From the NCBI GenBank assembly GCA_031835245.2, contig JAVKOQ020000008.1:186001-250000 (forward strand): DNA of 64,000 bases, given 5' to 3'. The stretch is from Balamuthia mandrillaris. Lineage: Eukaryota. The translations under genes and the position numbers were made by a program. The notes under the pieces were generated by a model. The model was not told where the DNA came from. It made no database searches and was given only the letters and a program-made list of their open reading frames with translations. Shown here one piece after another: positions 12,235 to 24,501 of the stretch (positions are counted from its first letter, which is position 1; each line of letters opens with the position of its first letter).

Positions 12235-13953
12235 TTACATTTCACGCCAAATAGCACCTCCCTTCCTATTCCTCACCATTCTTGGCGATATCAAGTGCTT
12301 CACTTGAGTTTTTTCCCCTTTCCTGTTTTTGTTGTCGTTGTTGTTGTTGCACTCTTCATTGCTGTTACCACCAATAACGACAACCTCGTTGCCCTCACGA
12401 CGGAAACGTGCGCTCTGTGATAATCTTCTGTGTCGCCAACTCAGCTTCTTGTCATTCTTTAGTACTTTGTTCCTCTTGTCTCTATCCTTCTTGTCCTCCG
12501 CTGTGCCTTTGCGACCTCCTTTCCAAAGTGTAGCCAAAGGTCCTTTCTCTCTTTCTTCTTCTTCTGTTGTTGATTTCTCTTTCTGTACCGTTTCTTCTTC
12601 TTCTTCTTCATCGCAAGTGCCACTTCCCCTTCCTTCATGTTCTTCTTCTCTCTTCTCTGGAGTGTTAATAACGTTTTGTTGCTGTTCTTGTCGTTTCTGT
12701 TGGTGGTAATTGAGATAGACTTCGCGAGGAGAGACGTGAACGCTGATGGGTCGAGGTCTGGCATGCACAATGCCTGACTTATAAAATGGCGACGAAGGTG
12801 CGCTGCTCTTCCATCCGCCTCCAACGACAGAAGAGGAAGAATGTTCAGTTTGACCTGATGAAGATGAAGGATGAGAAGCCGGAGGAGGAGAAGGAGAAGG
12901 AGAAGAAGAAGGAGCGGCTTGAAGAATGGCTGCGAGACGACTTGCGGCAATGTTGTTATTGTTGCTTCGCGCGGAGAGAGGTGCAGAGGAAGGAACGTGT
13001 GTGGCAGTGAGTAGAGTGACGGTTACGTTCATGGCTTTGTTGAGAACTTCCACCCAGCGGCTGGCATCCTGCTCGCTCGTCGCCATCAAGAAGTACGACC
13101 GCTCTGTCGTCTGTATCTCGATTTGCAGGAGAAGTTGTTGCTGGGGATCCAGTTTTGTTGGAGAGGAGTCTGGTACGCCACGAGGAGAGACAACAGGGGA
13201 GAGAGCTCGAGAGGGATTGGGAGTTGCGCAACCATCAGAGGGAGAAGAAGAAGGAGGAGGAGATGAAGAATAAGTGCACGATGCTGACGAGGAAGATGCG
13301 CAACGAGTGATGAACTGAGCTTGGGAGAGATCGATGAGGCCTTCTGCCTTTTCATAGTCATGCTTTGTGTAGTATCGCAACTTTCTGCTGCCGTCCAACT
13401 TGAACCATCTCTTCTTCCACTTGGGCCTTAGCTTGCCTTTCAGCCCCGTCTTCTTGTTGAGGTACAGCCATCCTGACATGGACACAGTTTGAGCGAGACT
13501 CGGCAAATGAAGAGGACTCAGTCCTCCTCCGCCTCCGTCCGACAGGCCTCCGCCTCCTCCTCCACTTCCACCATCCTCTCCATCCCCTCCTCCTTTGTTC
13601 TTGCGAAGTGTGGAGAAGACGCCTTTGTTAAGGATTCCTTTGGAATGGAGTTGTTGCTGTTGTTGGGCAAATGTCGATGAGGCTGTTGATATGAATGCAT
13701 TTGGTTAGTGTAGGCGAACGAGAAGAGAATACAAAGATAAGAAGTGACCCGAAGAGGAGAGAAAATGAGCGAGCATGAACCTTTTTCATCGGAAGAGGTG
13801 GAAGAGGGAGCGGAAGAGCTTTGAGCGGAAGAGGACAAGCTCGTGAAGAGTATAGCTGGTTTTGGAGGAGGCAAGCTTTTCAGCGTTTGTTGCAGCTGTG
13901 CCAAGCATTCCTCATATTTCTAAAAGAAAAGAAGTTTGGTTAGAACGAAGATA

Positions 13954-14000
<47 letters not shown>

Positions 14001-14760
14001 GGTGGGAGGGAGGAAAGGGAATCCGCTGACGTGACATACCGTGCCTTTCGCCTCATCATTGCTCTTCACGGTAAGGCTGTACTTGTTCATCTCGTTTGAC
14101 CTTTTGGTCATCTCGAAATGCACCTGGTTGATGGTTCGCGAGTCGTACCGAAGGCCGGGTCCTTGTTGCTTGGCAGCCATTGCTTCCAACTCCGCAACCA
14201 GCCCATCCGTATTCTTGTTAGTGGTTTTTATTTCGTTGCAAGAAAACAAAGATAATAAGACAAGCTGAACAGAGAGGCAAAAAGAACAGTAACCATGAAT
14301 GAGGGAGATGAAGAAGACAAGACGTACTGCCAACTGGTCAAAGAACACGTGCACTTTCTTGAGGTTCTTCTGGATAAAGTCATTCATAGGAATCATATAG
14401 GGCTCCTTCTTGCCGAACTCGACCCCGTTGGCCATCGTTTGAAGCACCTTTGACACGAGAATAAGCGGCCTTCGTACCCCCGACAGCATCTCCACTGTTC
14501 CGAAAACACAACAAAACCGTTAAACCCTTAACACCAACGCAACCAACCACACAACAAACAGTTTATAGCTTACTGTCAACAATGTTATAGCGATCCGGCG
14601 CAACGATGGCTGGGCAGATGAAACGGAGGAAGAAGAATCCGCCTATGACAGTATACTTGTGTTCAGGAAACTTTTGGATGACCTTTGCCCTCAGCTGTGA
14701 GCATATGTACCGAAAAGTTCTGCATTAAAGCACAACACGTTTAAAAAAGCGATACAGAGT

Positions 14761-14836
<76 letters not shown>

Positions 14837-15047
14837 ATGGAGGAGGAATGAAGAGCAAAAAGACAGAAGCAAGAGAAGGAATCACGGTACGGTGGACACT
14901 GAGAAAGAGAACCGGTGATCTTATCCAGAAACATCAAAACTACGTCATTAAGAGTTTGAGTGTTTTGCTTGAGCTGCAGCTTTTCTGCATTCATTACTCT
15001 GTCTGGATCTATCTGTTCTCAACGTTAAGTAAGACACAAAGAGAGAG

Positions 15048-15094
<47 letters not shown>

Positions 15095-16161
15095 CCTCTA
15101 ACGACTCCACTGGTTGCGATATAGTACAGATGATAACGCTCTTGAGCATCCATAAGATGTAGTCGTGGCCGGTATTATGGCAGTACGCCGTCATCAGGTG
15201 GCTGCTCATCGTGTTGTCGCGAAAGAGAGTCGCTGGATGAACTGTTTAAATAACATTCAGCAAAGAAACAAACAAGAGAAGAAAGAAGCAGCAAAAAAAA
15301 AAACAAGAATAAAGGAGAGGGAGTATACTTGTTCGCTCCAGTTCCATATCGATGATGGCATCGATGAGATGCATGAACCGTCCGTTTTGAACGAACAAGT
15401 CCACCAGACATCGAGCCACTACTTCGGCTCGCTTCACATCCACTCCCCAACATAGGGCTCGAAATACTTTCATGTCATCGTCCCTCAGTAACAACTGTTT
15501 GGATATCGCGGACACATAAGCCGAGACGGAAGTAAAGAACAAGCAGGAAGCATACCTTCAACAGCGGTTCAGCAACGTTAGGATGCACAAGCTCCTCGTC
15601 GCTATTGGTCTCGGCTCTGTTCGCTCTGTTCCGGGCATCGTTCGTGCTTATGGCGTCTCCTCCACCTCTTCCAATGGCGCCATCTTCTGCTGTCGTTGCT
15701 ACGGATGCTGCATTCGGTGAAGAACCTCCTCCGTGCTCTATGTTGCTTCCTCCTTCCCATTTGTTTACAACAGCTTCAGCGCTGCTCTGTGATAAAGCAG
15801 AGGAGGAGGATGGACGGAGCAAAGCTTCAATATCCGCTGAAAGCATTCTCTCCACATAGGTAGCATCGTCCAAGCTAGGCTCATGCAACACCACCACAAA
15901 CTTGGAAGGAAAGATGCCCTTCACACCTTCTCGTACGGCCGCAGCCTGTTGATTCGAAGCCGAAGAAGCAGAGAAGCTGATCTCGCCTAGCCACCAACCG
16001 GAGGCCAAGTCGGTGCTGTAGACAATCACCACGTCACCGGTTTCGATGAGGAGGTGGTCTTCCTGGCTGTTGTCGTAGAAGGGGACCGTCACACGCGCAA
16101 ACCGCCCTTTTGTTTTCGTAAGATGAGATGAAATAAACAAAAGAAAGAGACGAACAAGAAA

Positions 16162-16209
<48 letters not shown>

Positions 16210-16555
16210 CCAAGAAACCTTTTGGTGGAAGCGTTTTCGGCGGGGACAAAAAGTCAGAGGGAATGAGCCCCGTTTTGCCCCGAAAGGAAACGGCCATCAG
16301 CTCTGGCGTCGGCTGGGCGAGAAAGAGCACCAGATCGTTGGTCTTGAGGGTGCGTATGCGGCCCTTCACCCCAACCGGGGAGGAGGCCATGCCGAAGGGG
16401 CCATCCCTCGTAGCGATGTATTCCCGCAGCACCACGCAGATGTGAGGCTTCCGGGCAACACTGGCCGCCTGTAGTTTATCGTTTCGTGTGAGTATTCTGA
16501 AACATAAACGGCGACAAGAGGGAGGTAGAGGAGAACGAACCGACGTTTCTAGCAT
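12235..16555 (-). CDS. SH3-SH3-RasGAP-PH signalling protein
   Basis: Two SH3-like segments (..FRGKTGLIPSDFL; ..GWWLG..KGIFPSKFV), RasGAP motifs (LFRDNTMSSHLM, IGGFFFLRFICPAIVAP, RRPLILVSKVLQTMANG) and a PH domain (SGWLYL..WKKRWFKL..RSYFLMA..RWVEVL). The intron around 13780-13684 joins the PH frame. Confidence 0.88.
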
Positions 16556-17171
16556 GTTGGGAGGCGTGGATGTTTTCAGAACAGATGAAGTTCCACCTCT
16601 CAAGCTCAGCTCTTTCGCTTTTCACCGGGAAATATCGCCCTTTTTTTCTTCTGTTCAGCTTTTTGAACAGTTTCTCTATTTGTTCGTTGAATAACGAACG
16701 GGCCAGCGGTTCTCCTTCTTTTCGTCTCCTTCCTTCTTGCTATATGTGTATTTTTTTTTTCGTTCCTAGTTGAACGAAAAGGCACGAGGTTTAAATGGGA
16801 GAAACCGTGAACAGCGATTTTTTTGCCTGTTATGTCTCGCATTGGGCGGGCGATTCGCCTTAAAACCAGACAATCCGTTTATCACTTTACCTCCACACTA
16901 GAAGGGAGAGGAAACATCTAAAGAACAAAGAGAGAGAGAGAGAGAGAGAGACTTGGGTTCTCAAAACAAAAGGAACATGTACAGTTTAAAGTTTATTTTT
17001 TTTTTTTTGGGATTTTTAGGTTTTTTTTTTTTGCTTTAGTTACAAAATTGTTTTGGGCTATAGTGATACAAAACTGTTACAAAACTGTTGCAGGGATGCT
17101 TTCATCTAGTGTCTGCAAAGAAGAACGACCTCTCTCTCTCTCTCTCTCTCGAAAGGGGTGCTTGTTTTTTT

Positions 17172-18545
17172 TTACTGGAACTGAGGATCAATCCTGATCT
17201 CTCTGTTGGGACCGTTGAAGCACCTCCTGTTGGGGCAAGCCCTGTCAAAGGCAGCATCGGCCAGGGCGTAGCCGTGAGTCCTGCCGGACTCGATGGAGTA
17301 CCTAAAGTGAACTCCACCCCAAACCCTGTTCTCGCCATACATGGTTGCCACATCGGAGAAGCCCGTAAAGTTTCTGTAGAGAGGGGATGTTCATCAGCAA
17401 ACAAGAGTGCACGATAAGAACCAAGAAGAAAGCAAAAGGAGAGAAGGAAGGGGGGCGTACACAGTGACTGGGTAGCCGAAGGCGGAGGGGAGAGTGTAAG
17501 AGAAGGGGAACTCGTCGGTCTCGAGGCTGCGCTCCAGGAGGCGAGCCAAGGCGGCGCCCAAGGTGCAGGTGCCACAAGGGAACTCGGAGTTGGGAGGGGT
17601 GGGAGAGAAGGACCACCAGTCGGGGTCCACCTCGATGGTGGGCTGCAGGTTAGGCATGCCCTCCTGAATGACGGTGATAGGACGGATGAGGTCGTAGATA
17701 AGCTTCCAGTAGACGTTGTCCACAACAGCGTCATAGGCAGCGTTGGTGACCAGCTTGAAGATGGTGGCTGTGTCCTTGAAGTCCTTGCCAGCCTCCCTCA
17801 CCACCTGACCGGCGATCTCGTAGGTGGTGACAGCCCTGTCGCCGCCCCACCTGTGGCAAAGCTCGGACTGTCTCTGGGTTCTGATGGTGCTGTCCTGACC
17901 ACCGATGGCTCGGACCTCCTCGACGTCCTGCTTGAACCGCGCTGAGTCCAAGGGGGGAGGGGGAGGAGGAGGAATGCCAGCCCTGGCAGACTCGTCCAAC
18001 AGGAAGAAGGAGGCAGAGCCGGTGGAGGTGATGAAGTTGGGAAGGTAAGGGGGAGGGGTGGGCTCCCAGCGACCCTCCAGGCCAGAGGGGAAGTAGTCCA
18101 CAAAGGTGAAGTGAGGGTCCTCATGGTTGTCCTCCAGGGCCTTCAGGGCACCCCTCTCTCCAGCACGACGGGCCTTCCAGTCAAAAGTGGGGTCACCGCC
18201 ACGAATGATAGGGCGGCCTACCATCTCAGCTCGCAACGCCTGGCGAGGGTGGATGTGCTTGAGCAGGAGAACGGCAGCGTAGGCCAAGCTGTGGTTGACC
18301 TTGCTCTCGGTACAGTCAGAGAGGAAGTGGTTGTTCCATGGCTTCCAGCAGTCCAACTCAGTGAGGGTGTTGTAGAGGCCGTTGTGGAAGACGGCCATCT
18401 GACGGAAGGTCAGGTAGAAGGGGACCGCATCCAGCTCAGCTGCGCGGAGCAGCTCATCGTTCCAGAAGAGGATAGCATTACCTGAGGTTCGACCCACCAA
18501 GCATAAGACCACAAGCAGCCCGAAGAAGCACAGCTTTTTGCTCAT
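17172..18545 (-). CDS. Secreted vanadium-dependent haloperoxidase / PAP2-superfamily protein (exons 18545-17461 and 17373-17172)
   Basis: Signal peptide; W-x-PTPP; motif 1 WKLIYDLIRP; motif 2 PTPPNSEFPCGT (usually YPSGH); motif 3 ENRVWGGVHFRYS in exon 2. Confidence 0.82.
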
Positions 18546-19152
18546 GTTGGTAAGTGTAGTGTTGTTGAGTAAGTTGTTGCGGAGAGAGAGGGAAGAAAAA
18601 ATGATAAAAAAAAGTGGGTCAGCTTTTTATGTGGTCCGTTAAGTCCCGGTGGCCGATGTTACCAAGGGAGGTTACTCGGTGAAAACTCTGTTGCGGGGCA
18701 TATCTTGTGGTTGTGTTTGTACAAACTGAAAAGCAGGCGCGATCCTATAATGATCAATTCATATAGTAGATCAGCATCCAAGCTGATTGGTCCGTGTCCT
18801 CCTCATGCATGCAATTTCATGATTAATTGAGTTCGCCGAGGATCGCATTGGCTGTTCCTCTGCTTTGGGTCCCTAAAAAGCTTAACTCGAGTTTTTCTTT
18901 CACCCAAAAGTAGGTTTGTTGTTTCTCGCAGATTCATTCCGAGAAGCAAGCGGGTCAACGATAGATGCCAACTGGCCATGCGGATGAAAACCGCTAGCCG
19001 TTCCCTTTTATGCGCTAACTCAGCTGTTGCTTGCTCGAGTTTAGGGATGCGTTGAAGTGACCCTGATGGTTGCATTAGTGAAGTAAAGCAAGTTCTTCTC
19101 TAGCTTCTCTACAATTATTCTCCAGAAAAAACAAAACCAAAAAACTGAAAGC

Positions 19153-21536
19153 ATGTATCACTATCGTTCCTCCACCGCGCTCTTCCTCTGCGCAACTCTT
19201 GTTCTTCTTTCCTCTGGTTGTTCCACCGTGTCTGCCCTCAACGGCACCTGTCAACTGTGGAACGGCGTGCCCACTCATTGCGCTCAATTTACGGAATATT
19301 TGTGTTTGTACCGCTTCTTTCTTGTTGTTTCTTTCTTTTTCATCACCCCTCCCCATGCTCACACTCTTTCTTGTGTCTGTTGTTTTTAAAAAAACGATAA
19401 AACCAGCCGGAACAACGCATATCTTCGTTCCGTATGGAAGCACCCTGGAGGAACAACAAACAAAAGCCACTACGGTCATCAATACCGCCGGTACCGCCGG
19501 GCCTTTGATCGGTCTGGACTGCGCCACCTACTACGCCAACATGGCCTGCAGCACGCACCTCCGGCCCTGCACCACCGATGGTTTGCACTCCCAGAGTGCT
19601 TTTGATCTTTTGTTTCATTCCCTTTGACGAGTTGTGTGGAGCCAATTTTAATATGGATTGTTGTTTTTTTGATCTACAGGCACTATGTGGAAGCCTATCC
19701 CACAACAACCATGCGAAGTGGTTTGCAACAAATACGGTTCGTTCCTTTATTTATTTTTTTTCGTTCTCGTTTTGGGTCTTCTAACACACTCCCAACGATA
19801 ATAACAGTGAATGAATGCGCACCAAAACTTGTGGCTGCTGGAAGAATACCAGGAATGGGACTGTACTTCCCTCCGGGTTTCGAGGCTCCCATCACCTGCA
19901 CGGAAAGAGACATTCTCATGTTCAACGATTCCATGTTCCAAGTCCCTACCTACGACGCCTTCGCGCTGGCCAGCAATGATACCATCCCGGAGGACATAAC
20001 GGAGGATTGGTTGCGCATCGCAGCGAACACCAGCTGCAATGGCCCCACCTTCAGGGACTATGTGGCGTTAGTCTGTCAACCTCCTCTCGTGCAGGATCCT
20101 AACAATCCCATTCGCTGTGGCTTCGCATGTCCGTTGCCTTCGTACAGCGATAAAGAGTATGATGCTGTGAAAATCGTCCAAACAGTGTTTGGCTGGCTGT
20201 CTCTGGTATGTCTTCCTTCTTCTTTGTTTCATTCTTCCTTCTTTCCACTAACCCAATGAACTTCCTAAACAACCAGGTCGGTAGTGCTCTTGTCATAGTC
20301 TCGTACGCTTTTCATCCTGGCCTGAGAGCCTTCCCTGCCAACCTTATTATGATGGCCTCTATTGCAGCCCACATAGCAGCTTGGGGTATCGTGTTCCCGA
20401 GCTTCGTTGGCCACGAGGATGTGTGGTGTGGCCCCGACGGGGAGTTCTTGTCCCCAACGTGGGTATTGGGTCTGCAGATCACGGTTGACTTTGAGTTTGA
20501 CCAGCTGCTTTCCAAGTCCAGCATATGTACCTTCCAAGGCTTTCTCCTCCAGTTTGGCTTCCTTTCCACCACTATGTGGTGGGGCAACATTGCCTTCAAC
20601 ATGTTTATAACAGTAAGTCGTACTCACTTCACTCTATCTCTTCCCTTCCTCCTCCTCTCTCATGACTTTGTACTTACCTTTTCGATCCTGTCTGGTGAAG
20701 ATTTACTTCCATGAAAGGCTTCCCAAGAGTGCTGGCTTTAAGACTGGATTACAAGTGTTGTTACACGTGGTGGGATGGGCTGTGCCTTTCATCCTCATTC
20801 TCATCCCGGCAGCTGCCGAAAAGATGGCTTTTCAGCCTGGAGATACTTTGTATGTTCTCTCTTTGTAACCTTCTTCATTTCTCCCTTATCTACTTCGTTC
20901 ATTCTTACTTACCCTGTTTCATATCGCAGCTGCTCCATTTCGCCAGAGGATAACAATGTGTGGTTCATCGTCTTCTGGGCTTTGCCTGTTGGCATCGTGC
21001 TGCTGGTCGGTCTCGCCATGTTCATGGGAAGCATCGTCCAGATCCTCCGCGCCGCCATTCAAGCCGACCAGATCCAACGGGCCTTCGTAACCTACTACCG
21101 CCTTCTCATCTTCATCCTCCTCTACCTCATCCTCTACTGCTTCATCTTTGCCTACACGCTCGACCTCTCCTCCAATCAATCCAACGTGGAGGAGAGCTAC
21201 GGCGACTATCTGGCCTGCCTGTCCTTCGAGGACGACTGCAACCTCAGCTCCGAAGCTCACAACTACCCCCTGGCCGTGCTGCGCGGCTTCGCCTACTCCG
21301 TCCTGGGCTTCTGTCTGTTCCTCACCTTCTGCATCTCCGAGCCGGTGTTCAAGTTTTGGAGGGCCTTCTTCCCGGCCCTCGCTCGCGGTCGCTTCTCGTC
21401 GGCCTTCAACCCCTCCGAGAGCAACACCAGCACGAACAAGAAGCCCAACAAGACCACCGCCACGTCCGAGAAGATGACCATCACCATGCGAGACGACGAC
21501 GAGAACACCATCATCGACGAAGAGGTCAGCTTGTGA
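19153..21536 (+). CDS. Frizzled/Smoothened-like GPCR (Cys-rich ectodomain plus 7TM)
   Basis: Signal peptide, Cys-rich N-terminus, C..PL..C...CP linker, FPANLI after TM1, C-x-x-QG..LQFG..WW in TM3, and HVVGWAVP; architecture as in Dictyostelium Fsl receptors. Confidence 0.82.
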
Positions 21537-21950
21537 ATGCAATGCATTGCAGAGAGAGCTGAAATTTCATTCATCTATATATGTCGACATTAATTTAAGC
21601 GCTTTGCCTGAGGGGCAAAACTAGTATTTTCTTTCAATAAAAATAAAACCAAAAAAAAATTTTTTCTTTTCTTTTTCTGTTCTTTTCGCAGCGAAAGAAA
21701 AAAAACAGTGAAACAATAGTCTCTCTGCTTCCTTGCTTTGTAATCATCTCGCTACTTTTTTTTTTTTTTGATGTACGGATTGTCTGATTTATTTTTTTTT
21801 CCCACTTTTTTGCGCTCTCTCTTCTCTCTGTGCTCTTTTCTTCTCGCAAAATCATATCTTAATCCCCCCTTGTTTTTTTAACACCAAAAAAAAACATTTA
21901 TCACTCACTACATTATTTTTTTTTTCGAACACAGCACACACAAAACTACA

Positions 21951-22846
21951 ATGAGCTCCGAAGAGAACAAGGAAACCACCGCTACCACCGCTGAGGCTCC
22001 CGCCGAAGAGAAGAAGGAGGAAACCAGCACTGCCACTGAAGAGAAGAAAGAGGAGACAAGCGAAAAGACGGAGGGAGAGGCCAAAGAAGGCGATGAAGGT
22101 TCCCTTTCCGAGGTCAAAGTGGTTACTCATGAGGAGGACGAAGAAGTGTTGTTCAAGATGTACGGCCTTCTCTTCGCTGCCTGCCAAACTCCTTCCCTTA
22201 ACGGAGATTTCCTGACATTCAATCGCTTTCCTTATTTTTAAAATTTACAGAAGGGCTAAGTTGTTCCGATTTGACAAGGAAGGAAGTCAATGGAAGGAAC
22301 GAGGCGTGGGTGACGCAAAGTTCCTCAAGCACAAAGACACTGGCAAGATCAGACTTTTGATGAGACGCGACAAGACCCTCAAGATCTGCGCCAACCACTA
22401 CCGTACGTCCTTGTTCCTCTCGCCCTCACTTTCGTTTCTTTCTTCCTCCGTTCTCTCTTCTCTCTTCTCTCTTCTCTCTTCTCTCTTCTCTCTCTCCTCT
22501 CTCCTCTCTCTTTTCCCTTTGCCTAAGAGATTTTTCTATTCCACAGTCTCTCCTGCCATGAAACTCGGCGAAAACGTTGGAAGTGATAGGTCTTGGGTGT
22601 GGACAGCTGTCGACTTTGCTGACCAGGAACCCAAAGAAGAAGTCCTCGCCATCCGTTTTGCCAACACCGAGCGTACCTTTCCCTTTCGCTCTCTTGCTTT
22701 TGCTTCCTCTTTTTTTCTCTCTCTCTGTCTCTATCTTCTCTCCTTACGCAGTTGTTCTTACCCAATTTTTTCTCTCAGATGCTCAATCCTTCAAGGAGAA
22801 GTTTGAAGAGTACCAAAAGGAAATGGCAGAGCTCCTTAAGAAGTAA
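21951..22846 (+). CDS. RANBP1: Ran-specific GTPase-activating/binding protein 1
   Basis: [55 protein letters not shown] across 4 exons. Confidence 0.95.
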
Positions 22847-23057
22847 ACGTGTCCCTTCCCTTTCTTCCATTTACTTTACACTTCTTTCAAAACAAAAAAA
22901 ACCTAAACAAAAAACGATTACAAACTTATTTCTTCTTTCTCACGCATAACGAGGTTACTTTCTCTCTTCTTTGTTTTTAAAGTTATCACGTTATATTTTC
23001 TTCTTTAGATACATCAAAACAAAAGCACTCAGGAGAGCTATCTCTCTCTTGCTTCTT

Positions 23058-23804
23058 TTACTTCCTGCGGCGTCTCTGACTGTTATTCTTGACAACTCGA
23101 ACCTTCTCTCCCTGGCTCAGCTTCACCCTTCGCCTCCTCTTCTCCTCCTCTGCTTCCGCCAGCCGATCCTCCACTTTGGGCGGCAGCCTCACCTTTCTCT
23201 CCAACATCCGCTTGGCAATGCTCATCCGGGACGCGCCGCCGCCTGGAGCTACACCAGCCATGACCTTCCTGCTATCCACGCCGACTCTTCTTTGCAGGTC
23301 CTCCATGGCTTTCTCCTGGGCCACGTCCGGGTCCTCCCCTTCCTCCAGCAACTCGTACAGGTAATTGGCGTACATGCTCTCCCAACTCATGGCCTCCAAC
23401 AGCGTCTCCTCCTTGTCATGCTTGGAGGACCCTCCTTTGAGCCAGCTGCGGACGGCCAGACCTACCCAGAGGCTTGCCAGGATCAAGAAGAGGGCGGCCG
23501 CCAGGAAGAGCACGTGCTTGACCTTGAGGTGCTGACCCAGGTGGCGGAGCTTGTGCTTGTGGAGCGAGAGCTTGCTGTTCCACTTGCCGGCCGGAGGCAG
23601 CATGAAGGGCAGGTGCTGGCTCATCACGCCTTCCAGGTCGTCTCCCGCGAGGGAACAAAAGGAAGGGGGCGGAGAGGGAGAGGAGGAGGAGGTTTTGGAT
23701 CGGCCTCTGGCATCCAGCTGGGGCATGTCCAAGTCCATGGTGAGGTAGGACGACGTGGTTGTGGGGAGGGTTGAAGTGGGGCCTCCGAGTACTGCTCGCT
23801 TCAT
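23058..23804 (-). CDS. Hypothetical single-pass membrane protein
   Basis: Intronless 248-aa ATG ORF with GC3-rich codons and one TM (VLFLAAALFLILASLWVGLAV). Confidence 0.65.
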   Translation of the reverse strand: MKRAVLGGPTSTLPTTTSSYLTMDLDMPQLDARGRSKTSSSSPSPPPSFCSLAGDDLEGVMSQHLPFMLPPAGKWNSKLSLHKHKLRHLGQHLKVKHVLFLAAALFLILASLWVGLAVRSWLKGGSSKHDKEETLLEAMSWESMYANYLYELLEEGEDPDVAQEKAMEDLQRRVGVDSRKVMAGVAPGGGASRMSIAKRMLERKVRLPPKVEDRLAEAEEEKRRRRVKLSQGEKVRVVKNNSQRRRRK

Positions 23805-24501
23805 TTCTGCAACAAAAAAAAAAAAGAAAAGAAAGAAAGAGAGAGAGAGGGTATGTGTGTTCTTCTTGTTTGTTTTCTTGTGTGTGGTTATGTTTCAGTT
23901 GTTACACACGCACTTGGGTGGTTTTTAAAATGACTCCCTCCCTCCCTCCCTAGGAGGGGTCTTGATGCAACTCCACGAAAAGTGAGGAGCAAGCAGGCAG
24001 CAAATTGAGTGAGGAGCACTGGAAGTGAACCCCCAATGGGCAGGACGTGGCTCCCTCCATATAAAAAAAAACGAGTCGCATCTATGAAGAAATAGATTAA
24101 AAAAAAAGGCTTCGACGAATTTCCGTGGGGAAGCGGGAGCAGCGACCAGAGAAAATGCAGAGAACACACTTTTGAAATAAGAATGTTTTCACACTTTTTT
24201 TTTTGTTTGAAAGACGAAGAATAAAACAACAATCCCGGAGAGAAAGCGGTGAAAGATGACGGACATTCGCGAGGCTGGCAGCCCCTTATTATTAGCGGCA
24301 AGAATGAACAATCACCAAACTTCGTTTCTTCTTTTTTTTGTCGACCTAAAAATAATATTTCGTCAATTCCATTAAATTTTTGGACTTATTGTTAATATTT
24401 CGATTTTTTCATGGGGACATACGATATACGAAAATCGTCGACATAATTCCTTTGATAAGGTATAAAAATCGATAAAATCGATTAATCGAACAATAAAACG
24501 C

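Noticed and set aside
13506..13520. Separate PH-domain gene downstream of RasGAP
   Set aside because: The PH frame is open upstream to an acceptor near 13684 and joins the RasGAP exons in phase.
18803..19075. 90-aa ORF in the haloperoxidase/GPCR spacer
   Set aside because: No motif, no codon bias and no splice context; likely promoter DNA.
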